This document shows positions 31,226-43,400 of a stretch of 64,000 nucleotides of DNA, piece by piece; within the stretch, counting starts at the first letter, position 1; each line of letters starts with the position of its first letter. Source of the DNA: Euprymna scolopes. Lineage: Eukaryota. A model generated the notes under the pieces. That model worked only from the letters and a program-made list of their open reading frames with translations, was not told where the DNA came from and did no database searches. The stretch lies in assembly GCA_053919585.1 (NCBI GenBank), contig CM132826.1, one strand, 5' to 3'. Both the position numbers and the translations under genes were made by a program.

Positions 31226-31239
31226 CCCAGAGTACTGCG

Positions 31240-32200
31240 CAGATTATGAAACCGTCAAAGCGGTGATTTTAAAGGCGTATGAATTAGTCCCAAGAGCATA
31301 CCAACCAAAAATTCAGGGGGTTAAGGGTAAGCGAAGGCCATGCCTATATAGAGTTTGCCAATCGGAAAGAAGCACTCATCAACCGTTGGTGTAGCTCTAA
31401 AGGTGCGGAGGGAGATTTAAAAAAATTGAAACAGCTCCTATTAATAGAAGAATTTCTAAACTGCGTCCCAGAAGACATGAGGCTACACCTGGCCGAAAAA
31501 GAGGAAGCGACAGTACTGGACATGGCTAAATTAGCGGACGAGTATGTTATCACCCACAAGGGTAGACCAGGATCGCATAAGCCTACACATCCACGTAGTA
31601 GAGAGGCCTATACACTCCATGAAAAACGTAGCGGTCCGCAAGCGCTTAGGGGGAGTCCGGCATTCTCAGCCAAACAACCGCCATTCAAACAGGAAGCCAG
31701 ACCTATCACATGTTTCAACTGTAAGAAGCTGGGTCACATAGCTGCAAACTGTTGGGCGAAGCGAGGCCCGGAACAAATTCGAAATCTTCCAGCTAAACCA
31801 CAATTGATGGTACACGCAAATGTAGAAGCGGAGTATAAACCCTTCACGTCGGGAGGATACATTTCCCGAAAGAAAAAGAGCCAGAGAAGGCTCATCAATC
31901 TCCTAAGAGACACGGGTGCATCCCAATCCTTAGTGCTAAGGAACCACGTGCCCTACGGGAATAAAAACAACCTCCAATAGGACAGTCACTATTAGAGGCA
32001 TAGAAGATAAGCCGATGAAAATTCCTCTAGTTAAAATTTACCTAGAATCAGATTGGATATCAGGCGAGATCATCGTGGGAGCCATTAGTAGCTTACCTAT
32101 GACCGGCGTGGCGATGATAGTAGGTAACGACATTGCCAAAAGCCGAATCAAACCCTCGAGCCAAATGAAGCCTGAATCCATGGGGGAACTCAAGGCATCA
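31240..32200 (+). pseudogene. gag: gag (SCAN/capsid-like C-terminal part, zinc knuckle) and aspartic protease, frameshifted and with stops
   Basis: ORF 31426-31980 contains CX2CX4HX4C and LRDTGASQS. It stops at 31978-31980 and continues in ORF 32015 (IPLVKIYLESD...GVAMIVGND). Confidence 0.85.
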
Positions 32201-32439
32201 GAAGATAAGGCATCGGCAATTGTAACGACGAGGGGGAAGAAGAAAGAGAGAGAGAAGTCTACTACTAGGTCACCAGAAAGGAAGGGCCAAACAAAAGAAG
32301 AGATAGGGCTGCGATCCAATCTATTGATACCGCGACAGGAACTAATTAGGGAACAACGAAACGGTGTCGATTTGAAACCCCTGTTTGGGCGGATCGGAAA
32401 TGAAGAATGCGATGGTAGGGCAGGACAATACTTCCTCAA

Positions 32440-33560
32440 TACCGGCGTATTAATGAGAAGGTGGAATCCTCCCAGTGTGACGGAGGGGATAGACTGGAGC
32501 GTGCGCGAGCAAGTGATGGTGCCGAAAGCATACCGGGAGGGAGTGCTAAAAGTTGCACACGTGATACCATTGCGGGTCACCTGGGTGTCACTAAGACGCA
32601 CGAAAAGCTCACGAGACACTTCTATTGGCCAGGAATCATGGGGGACGTGAAAATGTTCTGTTGAACATACAAGATACGCCAAGTGACAGGAAAACCCAAC
32701 CAGAAGATTCCTCTGGCGCCACTCCAACCAATACCGGCAGTGGAGGAACCTTTCGGTCGAGTGATTGTCGACTGTGTGGGACCGTTGCCTAAAACTAAAG
32801 CCGGCCATAAATATATAATGACTATAATGTGTGCGTCCACCAGATTCCCTGAAGCGATCCCATTGCGGAATATATCGGCGAAAAAGATAGTAGGCACCCT
32901 GATAACTTACTTTACAAAGGTGGGATTACCAAAAACAATCCAGACCGACCAAGGGTCTAATTTCATGTCAAAGATCTTCAGGCAGACGGCGGCACAACTG
33001 GGAGTCACGCACGTCAGATCCAGCGCATATCACCCGCAGTCCCAGGGAGCGCTGGAACGCTTCCACGCCACACTCAAAACTATGCTAAAAGCATATTGTG
33101 TGGAACATGATGACGAGTGGGACAGAGGTATTCCCTTCGTGTTGTTTGCGGCACGTGAAGCAGTACAGGAATCACTAGGGTTCATCCCATTCGAGCTAGT
33201 TTTTGGCCACCCAGTACGGGGGCCACTAAAACTAATAAAAGAACGATGAGTAAATGATGAGCTCATGCCGAACAATATGTCGGAATATGTGGCTAAAATG
33301 CGAAAAACCCTGTCAGAAGCGCGAGAGTTAGCCAGAGATAACATAGAGAATAGTCAGAAAACCATGAAAGCCGCATATGATAAGAAAACGATAGAAAGGG
33401 AATTCAAAGAAGGGGAGGAAGTCCTATTACTGTTACCCCTAAACGGTCAGCCATTTAAGGCCAGATACCAGGGACCCTATACAGTAGCCAAATAGATTAG
33501 CTCCATTAACTACCTAATAGATACTTCAGAACGTAGAAAGAAGACGCAAGTATGTTAATA
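32440..33560 (+). pseudogene. Retroviral-type integrase (zinc-binding region plus DDE core), fragmented
   Basis: AGHLGVTKT..HFYWPG in ORF 32461. ORF 32683-33249 has VDCVGPLP, QTDQGSNF and YHPQSQGALERF. C-terminal YQGPY in ORF 33265. Confidence 0.92.
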
Positions 33561-35068
33561 TGATGCGAAAGTACTTTAGAAGGACGGAAGAGAAAGCGGT
33601 GCTAATAACACCATGTATCCAGGGAGAACTCGAACTGACCAGCGCTGAGGGGGAAACCAGTGTTGCCAAGGACCCACCTAGTAAGTTAAACAACTCAGCG
33701 GTCTTGGGAAATTTAGATGCCAAATTTGCCCACCTACCTTCGAAGGAAGGGCAGAGTTTAAAAACAATACTCTCAAAGTACAGAGACTTATTCTCAGATG
33801 CGCCCAGATGCATGAATGCAGCAGTACATGATGTAGCACTGAAAGAGGATAAACCGATTAGACAACACCCATATCGCCTAAGTCCGAGAAAACTAGCAGT
33901 TCTAAAGGAAGAGATAGACTATATGTTAGATCATGGGATAATAGAACCCAGTCAGATTGAGTGGACATCACCGTGCGTGCTAGTAGACAAGCCCGATGGG
34001 ACAGTGCGATTTTGCACTGACTATCGAAAAGTAAACGCGCTCACCAAGGCCGACTCATATCCTATTCCCAGAATGGACGACTGTATAGATAAAATAGGGC
34101 GAGCAAAATATATCACCAAATGCGATCTCTTGAATGAGTATTGGGCGGTACCCCTAACAGAACGAGCCAAACAAATATCGGCATTTGTTACCCCTGAGGG
34201 AACATATCAATACCGAGTGATGCCCTTTGGCATGAGGAACTCGCAGGCCACGTTTGTATTAATGAATGCGTGTCTCGCAGGGATAGCAAATGTAGATGCC
34301 TACATAGACGACATAGTGATCTATAACGACACGTGGGCAGAGCATGTCGAAACAATAAGGAAAGTATAACCATAAACCTAGCGAAAAACGAATTCTGTCA
34401 GGCCGAGGTAAAATACCTAGGGCACGTGGTAGGACACGGGAGAATTACCCCACTAAAGGCCAAAACCCAAAAGATCGAAAACTGTTCTGAGCCTAAGGCG
34501 ATTCTTAGGTATGGCCGGATACTATAGGAAGTTTTGTAGGGATTTTGCGAGCATCGCCGCGCCCCTGACGGAATTATTGAAAAAGCACAGTAAATTCAGA
34601 TGGTCAGTGGAATGCCAGGAAGCATTCGAAACCATAAAACGAGCGTTAAGTACAGAACCAATACTGAAAACTCCTTCATTCAGTCAACCCTTTAGCTTAG
34701 CCGTAGATGCCAGTGACAAAGGCATCGGAGCAGTGCTATTGCAACCGGGGGAAGACGAGCAGCTTCATCCAGTTAGTTTCTATTCAAAAAAGTTTAATGA
34801 ATTCCAGAAATCCTATTCAATGATAGAGAAAGAAGCATTAGCGCTAATATCAAGCCTTCTTCACTTTGAGATATACGTGACCTCAGCGCCTACTCCAATC
34901 TCAGTATTTACTGATCATAATCCGTTCGTCTACGTGAATAGGATGAAGAACAAGAATAGAAGATTAATGTATTGGAGCCTTATGCTGCAGGAATTTAATT
35001 TAGATATCATGCACATTAGCGGCAAGAACAATGTGGTAGCAGATGTCCTATCGAGAAAACATGATTAA
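33560..35068 (+). pseudogene. pol: Reverse transcriptase and RNase H (pol), frameshifted
   Basis: PIRQHPYR, RFCTDYRKVN, VMPFGMRN, AYIDD, KYLGHVV, AGYYRKF, VDASD, EKEALA, TDHNP, NVVADVLSR. Confidence 0.95.
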
Positions 35069-35177
35069 GAAATAATTAAATAAATAAACAAATAAATAAA
35101 TAAACAAAAGCACGAATCAGATTTTAAAAAAAGAAGAAAATAAGGAAAAAACAATTTTTTTCTCTTATGCTTGGAGG

Positions 35178-36410
35178 TGTTATATTGGTAGAGAGGCTGG
35201 TTGATATCGGTTGATAAATTAAGAAATAATCATAACGGAATAAGAAATAGTTTTTTTATCTCTTAGGGAACGCCTACGACGAACCGTGAATTTAAATTCA
35301 AATATAAATATGAAAGCATGCACCCCCTCGCCTTCGGCGAGCGTGAATTTAAATTCAATAAAAAAAAATAAATAATAATAACAAATAAATAAACGCACTA
35401 GCGTTCGAGACGTACACACATACCCCATCCCCCCTCTGAAAATGCAATGCGCGAGAGAGCCCACGGTCAGCGAAGCTGATGAAAAGGGAAAGGGAGAGAA
35501 AGAAAAATGAAATCGACGCGGACGAATAAAGAAAGCAGTTTTTGAACTGAGCCTTTTGTCAATGGTGAAAAACGATAGCGTTCGTATAAAAAAATTGAGA
35601 GGCAAGAAAAAAAAATAGAAAAGAAACGAGACTGGGGAGAGCAGTGAACGGCGTCAAATGGACTGGTTGTTTTGTTTACGTTTGAGCGAATAATGACTAA
35701 AAAAAAAAACTCGCTATGAGCCGGTGATGCTCAGGAATGCCCAAAGCGCAGCGTAAACAGATTTCCCTGAAATAAACAAGAGTTGAATTCTTTCGACCGA
35801 GAATAGATGTCGTGGAAAGTTCACGGCGAAGACATTAAAGAGGAATAAGAACAAAAATATCATTATGTCGATGGGCGTCTCCATCCAAGAAGAAACCAAA
35901 CAGGAAAAATCTCGCGAATGGTGAACTTTACGGAGACATTATGAAACACGAAAGTCCAATTGGATAAAGTTAAGTGACTATTATGATTTCCCCATCCCGA
36001 TATCCCCGCTCCTTGTCCTTGGCCGAAATGTCATTCCATAATGGAAATGATATATACATTTTCTCTTATATTATTTTTTTTGTTTGTCACCTTGTTTTCT
36101 TTTCTTTCTTTTATGATGTTTCTTTTTTATCATCCGACCTCACCCCAAGCTATTGCGGTGTGATATTAAATTTAAGGATGTTGAGTAAAATTCGTGTTTA
36201 AAGATTCTAGCGTTGTGTCATTCTTGCTTTGAGTTTGAATCGTTCGGAACCAAATGTGCTAATGAGAACCTCAGACAACGTGTCAAATAGGTCACAAATC
36301 GTGGACGACACTTTACTTGTCATTATTTTATTTTTATTTTTATATTGTGTTATGGACAACGTAGGGTGAAGCGCTGACCTAGAGTCATAAGACATTCACC
36401 CCGACTCAGG
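35178..36410 (+). repeat. Putative 3' LTR of the Gmr1-like element
   Basis: Begins TGTTATA right after a short purine-rich GGAGG about 110 bp after the pol stop. About 1.2 kb non-coding up to the satellite at 36411. The right end is uncertain (ATAAGACA ending 36394 is a candidate) and there is no 5' LTR to compare. Confidence 0.6.
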
Positions 36411-36486
36411 GGAAAATCTATATATCGTAATAAAAGAACAATTTTAACTGGAAAAATCTATATATCGTAATTAAAGATGAATTTTA
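36411..36486. repeat. About two monomers of the young 40-bp satellite
   Basis: GGAAAATCTATATATCGTAATAAAAGAACAATTTTAACTGGAAAAATCTATATATCGTAATTAAAGATGAATTTTA, same orientation as the main array. Confidence 0.97.
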
Positions 36487-37774
36487 GAGCAAGTAAACTT
36501 TTAGAACTTTAGACTAAACATACAACATAACATTAGTTTTATTTTCTCTGCCGGTCTCCCTCGACCCAGGACTGCACCATAATAAAGAAAGTCCCCGACA
36601 GCATAGACACAGCACTCCTTCTGGACACTAGCGCGCAAGTACATGTATTTGGTGACTTTAATGTCCACCACAAAAACTGTCTTGGATTCTCTACTTACAC
36701 AGATGCAGCGGGCAGCACAACACATAGCTTCACTATATCTCATTCCCTATCACAAATTATTACGTTTCCAACCCGTTTCCCTGACCAGCAAGAATAACGC
36801 GCATCACTTCTAGATCTGTTTCTGACTACAGTTCTCGAGGATTGTATAACAAATGCTGACAGCCCACTCGGGAACGCTGATCATGCAATGATAACGGTCG
36901 AAATCGCCCTAAACTCTAAAGCCAAACCTGAAGAACCAGTGCTCAAAACAACGAGATATTATAAAAAGGCTGACTGGGAAGCCATTAGAGATCTTATCAG
37001 AGATGCCCCATGGGGAAATATTTTTCCTCTTCCTGCTGAACAGTGCGCAAATGAGATCACTGAATGGTTCAAAACGGCAATTGAAGCACCTGTTCCCATG
37101 CGGAAATTTTATAGCAAGCCCCACTTTCCCCAATGGTTTACTTCGACTTGCGCAACTGCCATTGCTCAAAGGCAGCATGCATACCGCAGATTTTACCGAC
37201 ATAAGTCCAGTTCAAACAGACAGAAGTATATATAAGTTAGAAGTAACGTTTAGAAAGAAATAGCGACGAGGTTGTTTGCTCAGCAACCGATAAGGCTAAT
37301 ATGCTTGCCAGTCGGTTTGCTTCAAACTTCACACTGAACCCTTCCAATAACCCCCTACCTGACTTTCCTTTGCGGACAGACGCCACGCTAAATGATCTAA
37401 AAATCACCCCTGCTAAGGTGCATGCTATCATAAAAAACCTTCACACTTCAAAAGCATGTGGACCCGATCTCATCCTAGCTGTGCTATTAAAAAAGTGCTC
37501 AGCCGAAGTAGCTCCAGTTCTCTCCAAACTCTACAATAAATGCCTTAATGAAGCTTGTTTTCCGGGCTGTTGGAAAACTGCTTCTATGGTACCAATATTC
37601 AAGAATTCTGGCGAAAGAACTGACCCAGTAAATTATCGTCCCATTAGCCTCCTCCCACTTTTTGCCAAAATATTTGAGACCATAATTAACCATGCTCTAG
37701 TCCAGCACCTTACAGATGCTAAACTTCCAAGTGGCAATATGACTTGTTTAAGGAGAACGTTAGTAAAAAAAAAA
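36487..37774 (+). mobile_element. CR1/L2-group LINE copy A: APE endonuclease and N-terminal RT joined directly to the family 3' end and poly(A)
   Basis: APE motifs VFGDFNVHH, LDLFLT and PLGNADH, then YKKADW. RT motifs KACGPD, PIFKNSG and NYRPISLLP. It ends CAAGTGGCAATATGACTTGTTT..A10, matching the 3' terminus at 41503-41552. Confidence 0.88.
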
Positions 37775-37998
37775 CCATGGATATCATTTAGGAAAAGATG
37801 TGTGACGTCAAAAACAAAGAATTAGTTCTACCGCGAGATCATAAATGGGCTGTGAAAAACTGTCTGAATATATAAAGAAGCTTTTTAATTTCGGAAATGT
37901 TGTGAGGCGCTAAAAGATTTACCTCAGAATAGCAGTGGCGTTTTATAATGGACGAATGTTAATTTGGAAAAAATGTGTGGTGACAAAAGAATTTTTTA
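37775..37998. repeat. Diverged relic of the 40-bp satellite family (old variant)
   Basis: Units such as GGAAAAGATGTGTGACGTCAAAAACAAAGAATT and GGAAAAAATGTGTGGTGACAAAAGAATTTT. Confidence 0.65.
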
Positions 37999-39149
37999 CA
38001 AGGGAGTCAATACTCATCAAGGTCTGAAGGCCACTCGAGGATAAGGGTTAATGATTGTACGGTCGTTATCGGGACAGCAGCGTAGTAATCGTTAGTAGTG
38101 ATGTCGCAAATTAACTTTGTAACAGTTAATATCGACGAATATTGACTCGGCTAACGAGAGATAAGAAATGAAAACAATGCAATTTAAAGAAAAAAATAAT
38201 TACAATTTTATTAAAGAAGAGAAAAAAAAATAAATAAAAGGGAAAAGATTGGGATTTTAATTCAAGTTGGTAACAGACTGTTCATATGAGCTTAAACCCA
38301 CGTAAAATTTGCTGCAAAATACAGTCCTATCTTGCTAGCCCAAAGGCAGGTTAACTTTGTTGGAAGAGTGTAAGTCAGAATAAAAAAGAGAATTAAGAAC
38401 TTACTTGAAAAAAATATTTTGACAGTTTAGAGAACAGAGAGAAATTAATAAAATGTTACCATTTTTTTACTGCTGAATTGTCTCCCTTGGACTGTATTTA
38501 TTATTTTACACACCACGCATATAATTTTTTATCGGCTCCTCGTTAGGGGTTAGTTCCTTTTGTTGCAAACAGGGACTCGGGTTGTTTCCAGACTCCCAGC
38601 CGTACTTCTCACATAGAACGGTAACAGTATTCTGTTTTTTTTTTTGTTTTTTTTTAGAACTCTAAGCTGGTAGAGAATGCTCCGTTTGAGTTCGTTGACT
38701 CCAGCTTTTCTCTCCGAACGTTAAAAGATTTTTCCTTGTGTTTAAAAACTTCTCTCAATACTCTCTTGATTTTTAGAACATCTGTCTCTGCGCACCTTTA
38801 TCCTTTAAGGACTCACACGGTCCTCTTTTCTTGTTCTTCACTTGAGTTTTAGGACTTATCTGTCCGAGTTCAGCTCAACAGCATAGGTCTAGACTCCGAA
38901 ATCTCAGCTGCAACTGACTTAATTAGGTTTGATTTGCAACCTTTTTTGGCGAAAAAATCCATCGTCCAATGGATGCACAGAAAAACAGTCACGTGTCAGC
39001 AGTAGCAGCGGCTCTTCTAACATCATAGAAGAAAGGGGCAGGGAAGAAGAAGTAAAGGTAGAGGAAGAAATAAATAGTCTAAAATAAATTCTGACAGTGG
39101 AAATTTAGTATAATTTCATTATTTAATGGGACAACTCATTCAGAACTTG

Positions 39150-39745
39150 TTTACATTGGGCTTGAACACGACCATATTTTAGTCAGCTAGAAAGCAGGCC
39201 CGCAGAATAAAGCTCTACAGGCAGGCAGTTCTAGAAAAAAAAGCTTTGTTTATGGAATACAAGTTTAGATTAAGGTACATATAAAAAGCGGGGGAAATTA
39301 TTGATAGTGGTTGTAGGTAGACGAGTGTTTTGTGAAAGTTTCGCAAGGAGGAACCATAGACTGGGGCTCAGAGGTTGCAGATAAAAGAAAAAGACATCAC
39401 TTACCAGATTTTGCCGTCAGTTTATATCTATCAAAGCATGGTAGGTGATCCAAGCAGCTCCTGCCAAGACATACTTGGCTTTCATACAGGTAGAGGATGG
39501 TATCGGCTTGAGCGGGAGAATGATTCAACCATTTTTTCGGCGATCTTGGCAAAGGATTTGATATATGTGCTCTATTTTACATCAGGGGTGAAGGTCAGAC
39601 CCAGATACTTATCAAAGCATGAACCTACCCTAAGACAAAAGCCAGTCGTTTCAATTAGGGCCAGAGCGTTGATGATTTAAGTAGAGGAGCTTTGTTTTAA
39701 ATGCATTAAAATTAACCAGACACCTTTTTCTCCATTGCACTACGT
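39150..39745 (-). mobile_element. Degenerate LINE RT C-terminal fragment
   Basis: Minus strand reads KYLGLTF near 39590-39613 and a SFFSRTA-like motif near 39220-39250. Confidence 0.6.
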
Positions 39746-39764
39746 GCCCGAAACCAGATATCTA

Positions 39765-40062
39765 TAAAAAGTTGTTCAGTTCAATAAATGATGACCTTCG
39801 ATACAGAAAAGCCGTGTGGAATATGAAAATCCATTTTAGCTGAAAAAAAAACCCAGTTGTTTAGAGTCATAAAAATGAATTCCATGTCAAAAATGTGGCG
39901 CCAAGAATGATAGATTTAAGGTGAAATAACTATGTGACGTCACGAACGATGAATTTCCGATTGAAAAAGTTTTGTAACAATGAACTCCAGATTCAAAATG
40001 TATGTGGCGTTAAAAACAATTGATTTTAGATTGAAAAGGTTGTGTGGTGTCAAAAACACCAG
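39765..40062. repeat. Diverged relic of the 40-bp satellite family (old variant)
   Basis: GTGAAATAACTATGTGACGTCACGAACGATGAATTTCC and TTGAAAAGGTTGTGTGGTGTCAAAAAC, at about 40-bp spacing. Confidence 0.7.
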
Positions 40063-40416
40063 TTTTTTTTTTTTTTTTTAAGATAAAAGCATAGTCTCTC
40101 TCTCTCCATTCAATTAAATTCTACTTTACACATCGATTGCATTCGAATAATAAGGGATTAATTATCATTGTATTTAATTTTTTAATACTGAACTTTAAGT
40201 AATATATATTATCAGAATACCAGAATGACTTATAAAGACCCCTCTGTCTTATATTAACTGAAACGTGTTACATTTTACGTATACCTTCATAAATTAACAC
40301 ACCGTAAATGTTAATAATTGCAACAAAATTATCTTCATCATTTAACGTTATTGGATTAAGTATTGACATGTCTGTCCTCTACTGCTGCAAAAAATATACG
40401 TATTAATAATACCCAT

Positions 40417-41563
40417 TTACATAAACTAGAGTAGACCCAATCTTCCATAAAATATTACGAATAATAAATCCTTCTTAGATAAGAGAAAAATCCAGGTTGT
40501 CCTCGACGATCGTACATCTAAACAATATGATATAAATGCGGGAGTGCCTCAGAGGGTCTATCCTTGGACCTCTGCTGTTCCTGATATTCATAAATGACCT
40601 CCCCGACAAAATTGCCTCTGAGATGGGTATATATGCTGATGACACCACACTCTATAGCAGGCACGACAGGAAAACAAATAAACATATATCTAAAGTAATG
40701 GCAGAAACACTAGAGGATGACCTCCAATCAGTAGTGGAATGGGGACAAAAATGGATGGTCACGTTCAATGCCGCCAAGACAAAACTGGTTTCATTCAATA
40801 ATTACAAGAAACCTTCTCTACCACCTATAGCAATGGCCAACGACTCTTTATCTGAGAGTACGTCTCTCAAGCTCCTTGGCCTAACGTTCACAGGAAACAT
40901 GAGTTGGAACAATTACATCGAGAGCATTGCCAGGGCCGCTGCGAGGAAGGTAGGCTCTCTCTACCGTGCTAGAAAACTTCTAACACCCGAAAGTATCCTG
41001 TACCTCTATAAGGCCACTATTCGCCCATGTATGGAGTATTGCTGTCAAATTTGGGCTGGTGCATCGACTACTAGTATCTCACTCCTTGACAGGGTTCAAA
41101 AGAGAGTCGCCAATCTGATAGGCCCTAAACTGGCATCTAAGCTTCAGCCTCTGTCCCATCGTCGAAACGTTGCATCCCTCTGCCTGTTCTACAAGTATTA
41201 TAATGGTGAATGCTCTGATGAACTGCAAGCACTTGTGCCCCCACGACGTGAACACCCTCGACAGACCCGACAAGCTGCAAAATCCCACCCCACACTGTAG
41301 AGATCCCTAGATGTAAAAGATCTTTCTACTCCAGTAGTTTCTTCCCCAGAACTGCTAGACTTTGGAATTCCATTCCAGGTCACTGCTTCCCCAACTGTAC
41401 TGACATGCATAAGTTCAAGTGCAACGTGAACCAACATCTCGCTGCCCTAATCCCTACATAGTACCCCAGTAGATGTTTCCCCTGATAGTAGCCCCCTACA
41501 CCAAAGTGGCAATGTGCCTTGTTTGGGGTGAAAATGTAATAATAAAAAAAAATTTAAAAAAAA
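40417..41563 (+). mobile_element. CR1/L2-group LINE copy B, 5'-truncated (RT core to 3' UTR and A-rich tail)
   Basis: LHKL, INAGVPQ/GSILGPLLFLIFINDLP, IYADDTT, LLGLTF, LYKATIRPCMEYCC, SSFFPRTARLWNS. The 3' end AAGTGGCAATGTGCCTTGTTTGGGGTG is followed by A runs. Confidence 0.93.
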
Positions 41564-41564
41564 C

Positions 41565-43400
41565 GAAATATTATTGCAATTATTATCATCCATACAATTA
41601 TGATTATTGATAGGGTGTTTGTTTATCTCTAGATTAAAAAACGTAGTATAAAAGCAGTTTCGTTTTCTTTTGTAAATTAATGTAATTGTTATTCAAAATT
41701 AATTATATTGATTTTGAAGTCAGTATATTTGCAAACTTAACTGTATCACTTTCCAAGCCATTATTTATGAAGCATTAAGTTAATTACCAGTTTTGGGACG
41801 GGAAAATTGGGGCTATTTTTCTATGTTTTAACTAGAAATAGGCGGTAAAAATCGATTTCGATTTTTATAATATTATTATAAACAATTACGTACATTTCCT
41901 TTTAATATAGTATATTCCAATTTTAATTTACCAAAAAAATCAATACAATTAGTATAAAAATGAACTTCTCGTATTATCTAATACTGTATTAAAGAAGTTA
42001 TTTTTCTCCTTATTGTATTGATTTTTGTAAATTAAAGTTTAAATATTTTTAAAGAATACAGAAATGTAAGTAACTTTTAATAATAGTTATATTAGTAACC
42101 ATTATTAAAAGTTACCTACATTTCTGTTTACTTCAGAAAATTTTTATTCTCTTTTCACCCTAAATAAGACACTGCCACTTTGATGTAGGGGTTTACTATC
42201 GGGTTATACGTTTCAGGGATGCTATGTAGGGAGTTGAGCAGCAAGATGTCTTTTTACATTACACTTGAACTTCTGCATGTCATCAGTACAGTTGGGAAAG
42301 CGGGAATCCGGAAGGGTGTTCCAAGTCTTGCACTTCTGGTAGAAGGCCTTCTTACATCTAGGGATTCCTACTGTGTAGGGGTGGAATTTTACTACTTGTA
42401 CGGAAGAGAGAGCCCACCTTCCTCGCAGCGGCTTTGCCAATGATCTCAATGTATCTGTTCCAACTCATATTCCCTATGAACGTAAAGCTGAGAAGTTTGA
42501 AAGAAGTACTTCCAGGTAATGTATCTTTAGCAATAGCTATTGGTGGATGAGATGGTTTCTTATAATTATTGAAGGAAACAAGCTTATTCTTGGCAGCATT
42601 GAATGTGACCATTCATTTTTGTCCCCATTCTACTACACATTGGAGGTCCCTCTAGTTTTTTTGCCATTTCCTTAGATGTGTGTTCATTTGTTTTTTCCTC
42701 GTACCAGTTATAGAGCGTAGTGTCATCAACAAATATACCCATCTGAGAGACAATTTTATCAAGGAGATAATTTATGAATATTAGGAATAATGAAGATCCA
42801 AGGATAAACCCCTGAGGTACACCCGCATTTATAACATATTAAAAATCAATATAATTAGTAAACAAATTAATTCTCGATTTAACGATATTTAATTAAGCAT
42901 TGATATTAAAGGATGTCCGGTACTGTAATAAATTAATGGAATTATTATTTTAAAAATTATCTACATTTCTGTTTAATTCAGTATCTTAATACTTGAATTT
43001 ACAACTAGAAGTAAAAGAATTTCTCGATTTAACGATATTGAATTAAGCACTGATATGTATGGATGTCCAGAACTGCAATAAATAGAAGTATAAAATATTT
43101 TCATTTGCATAAACCAATCTTCTGTATCAAGTTATAAATAATAAAAAGAAATATTATTGCAATTATTGTCAAGCATACAATAAATCTTGTTGATAATGAT
43201 TGATGTTTAGCTTTTCACCAAAGATTCTATTATACAAAGTTGACTGAATTTTTATCTGTTTCTTTTGGCCATCCTAATAAAATATTTTGATTTCCAATTA
43301 TTTATGCATCATTAACCGAATACTTTATCAATGTTGATCCAGGAAAATTGGGGTTATTTTTCTGTTTTAAATAGAAATGGAGATAGCCGTTGTGAATTTT
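41565..43400. repeat. AT-rich ~150-bp-period diverged repeat with inverted units, interrupted by LINE copy C
   Basis: TTCTCGATTTAACGATATT at 42871 and 43021. GAAATATTATTGCAATTATT at 41565 and 43148. GGAAAATTGGGG(C/T)TATTTTTCT at 41801 and 43342. Palindrome at 42060-42125. Confidence 0.7.
42141..42840 (-). mobile_element. CR1/L2-group LINE copy C, 5'-truncated and internally deleted
   Basis: Minus ORFs MVTFNAAKNKLVSFNNYKKP..AARKVGSL and IPRCKK..KFKCNVKRHL align with copy B. The same 3' terminus is present reverse-complemented at 42153-42180. Confidence 0.9.

Larger units (their letters stand above)
31226..36410 (+). mobile_element. Gmr1-like Ty3/Gypsy LTR retrotransposon, 5'-truncated and decayed (gag-PR-IN-RT-RH plus putative 3' LTR)
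   Basis: Motifs in order: gag DYETVKAVILKAYELVP and LLLIEEFLNC, CCHC knuckle CFNCKKLGHIAANC, protease LRDTGAS, integrase GHLG/HFYWP plus DCVGPLP/TDQG/LERF, then RT YIDD and RNase H. Integrase upstream of RT is diagnostic of the Gmr1 lineage. Confidence 0.93.

Noticed and set aside
31344-35605. Minus-strand ORFs over the retrotransposon
   Set aside because: They are antisense shadows of gag-pol and the LTR with no motifs.
36487-41563. One LINE split by a 2.7-kb insertion
   Set aside because: The upstream piece has its own 3' end and poly(A), and part of RT is missing from both pieces.
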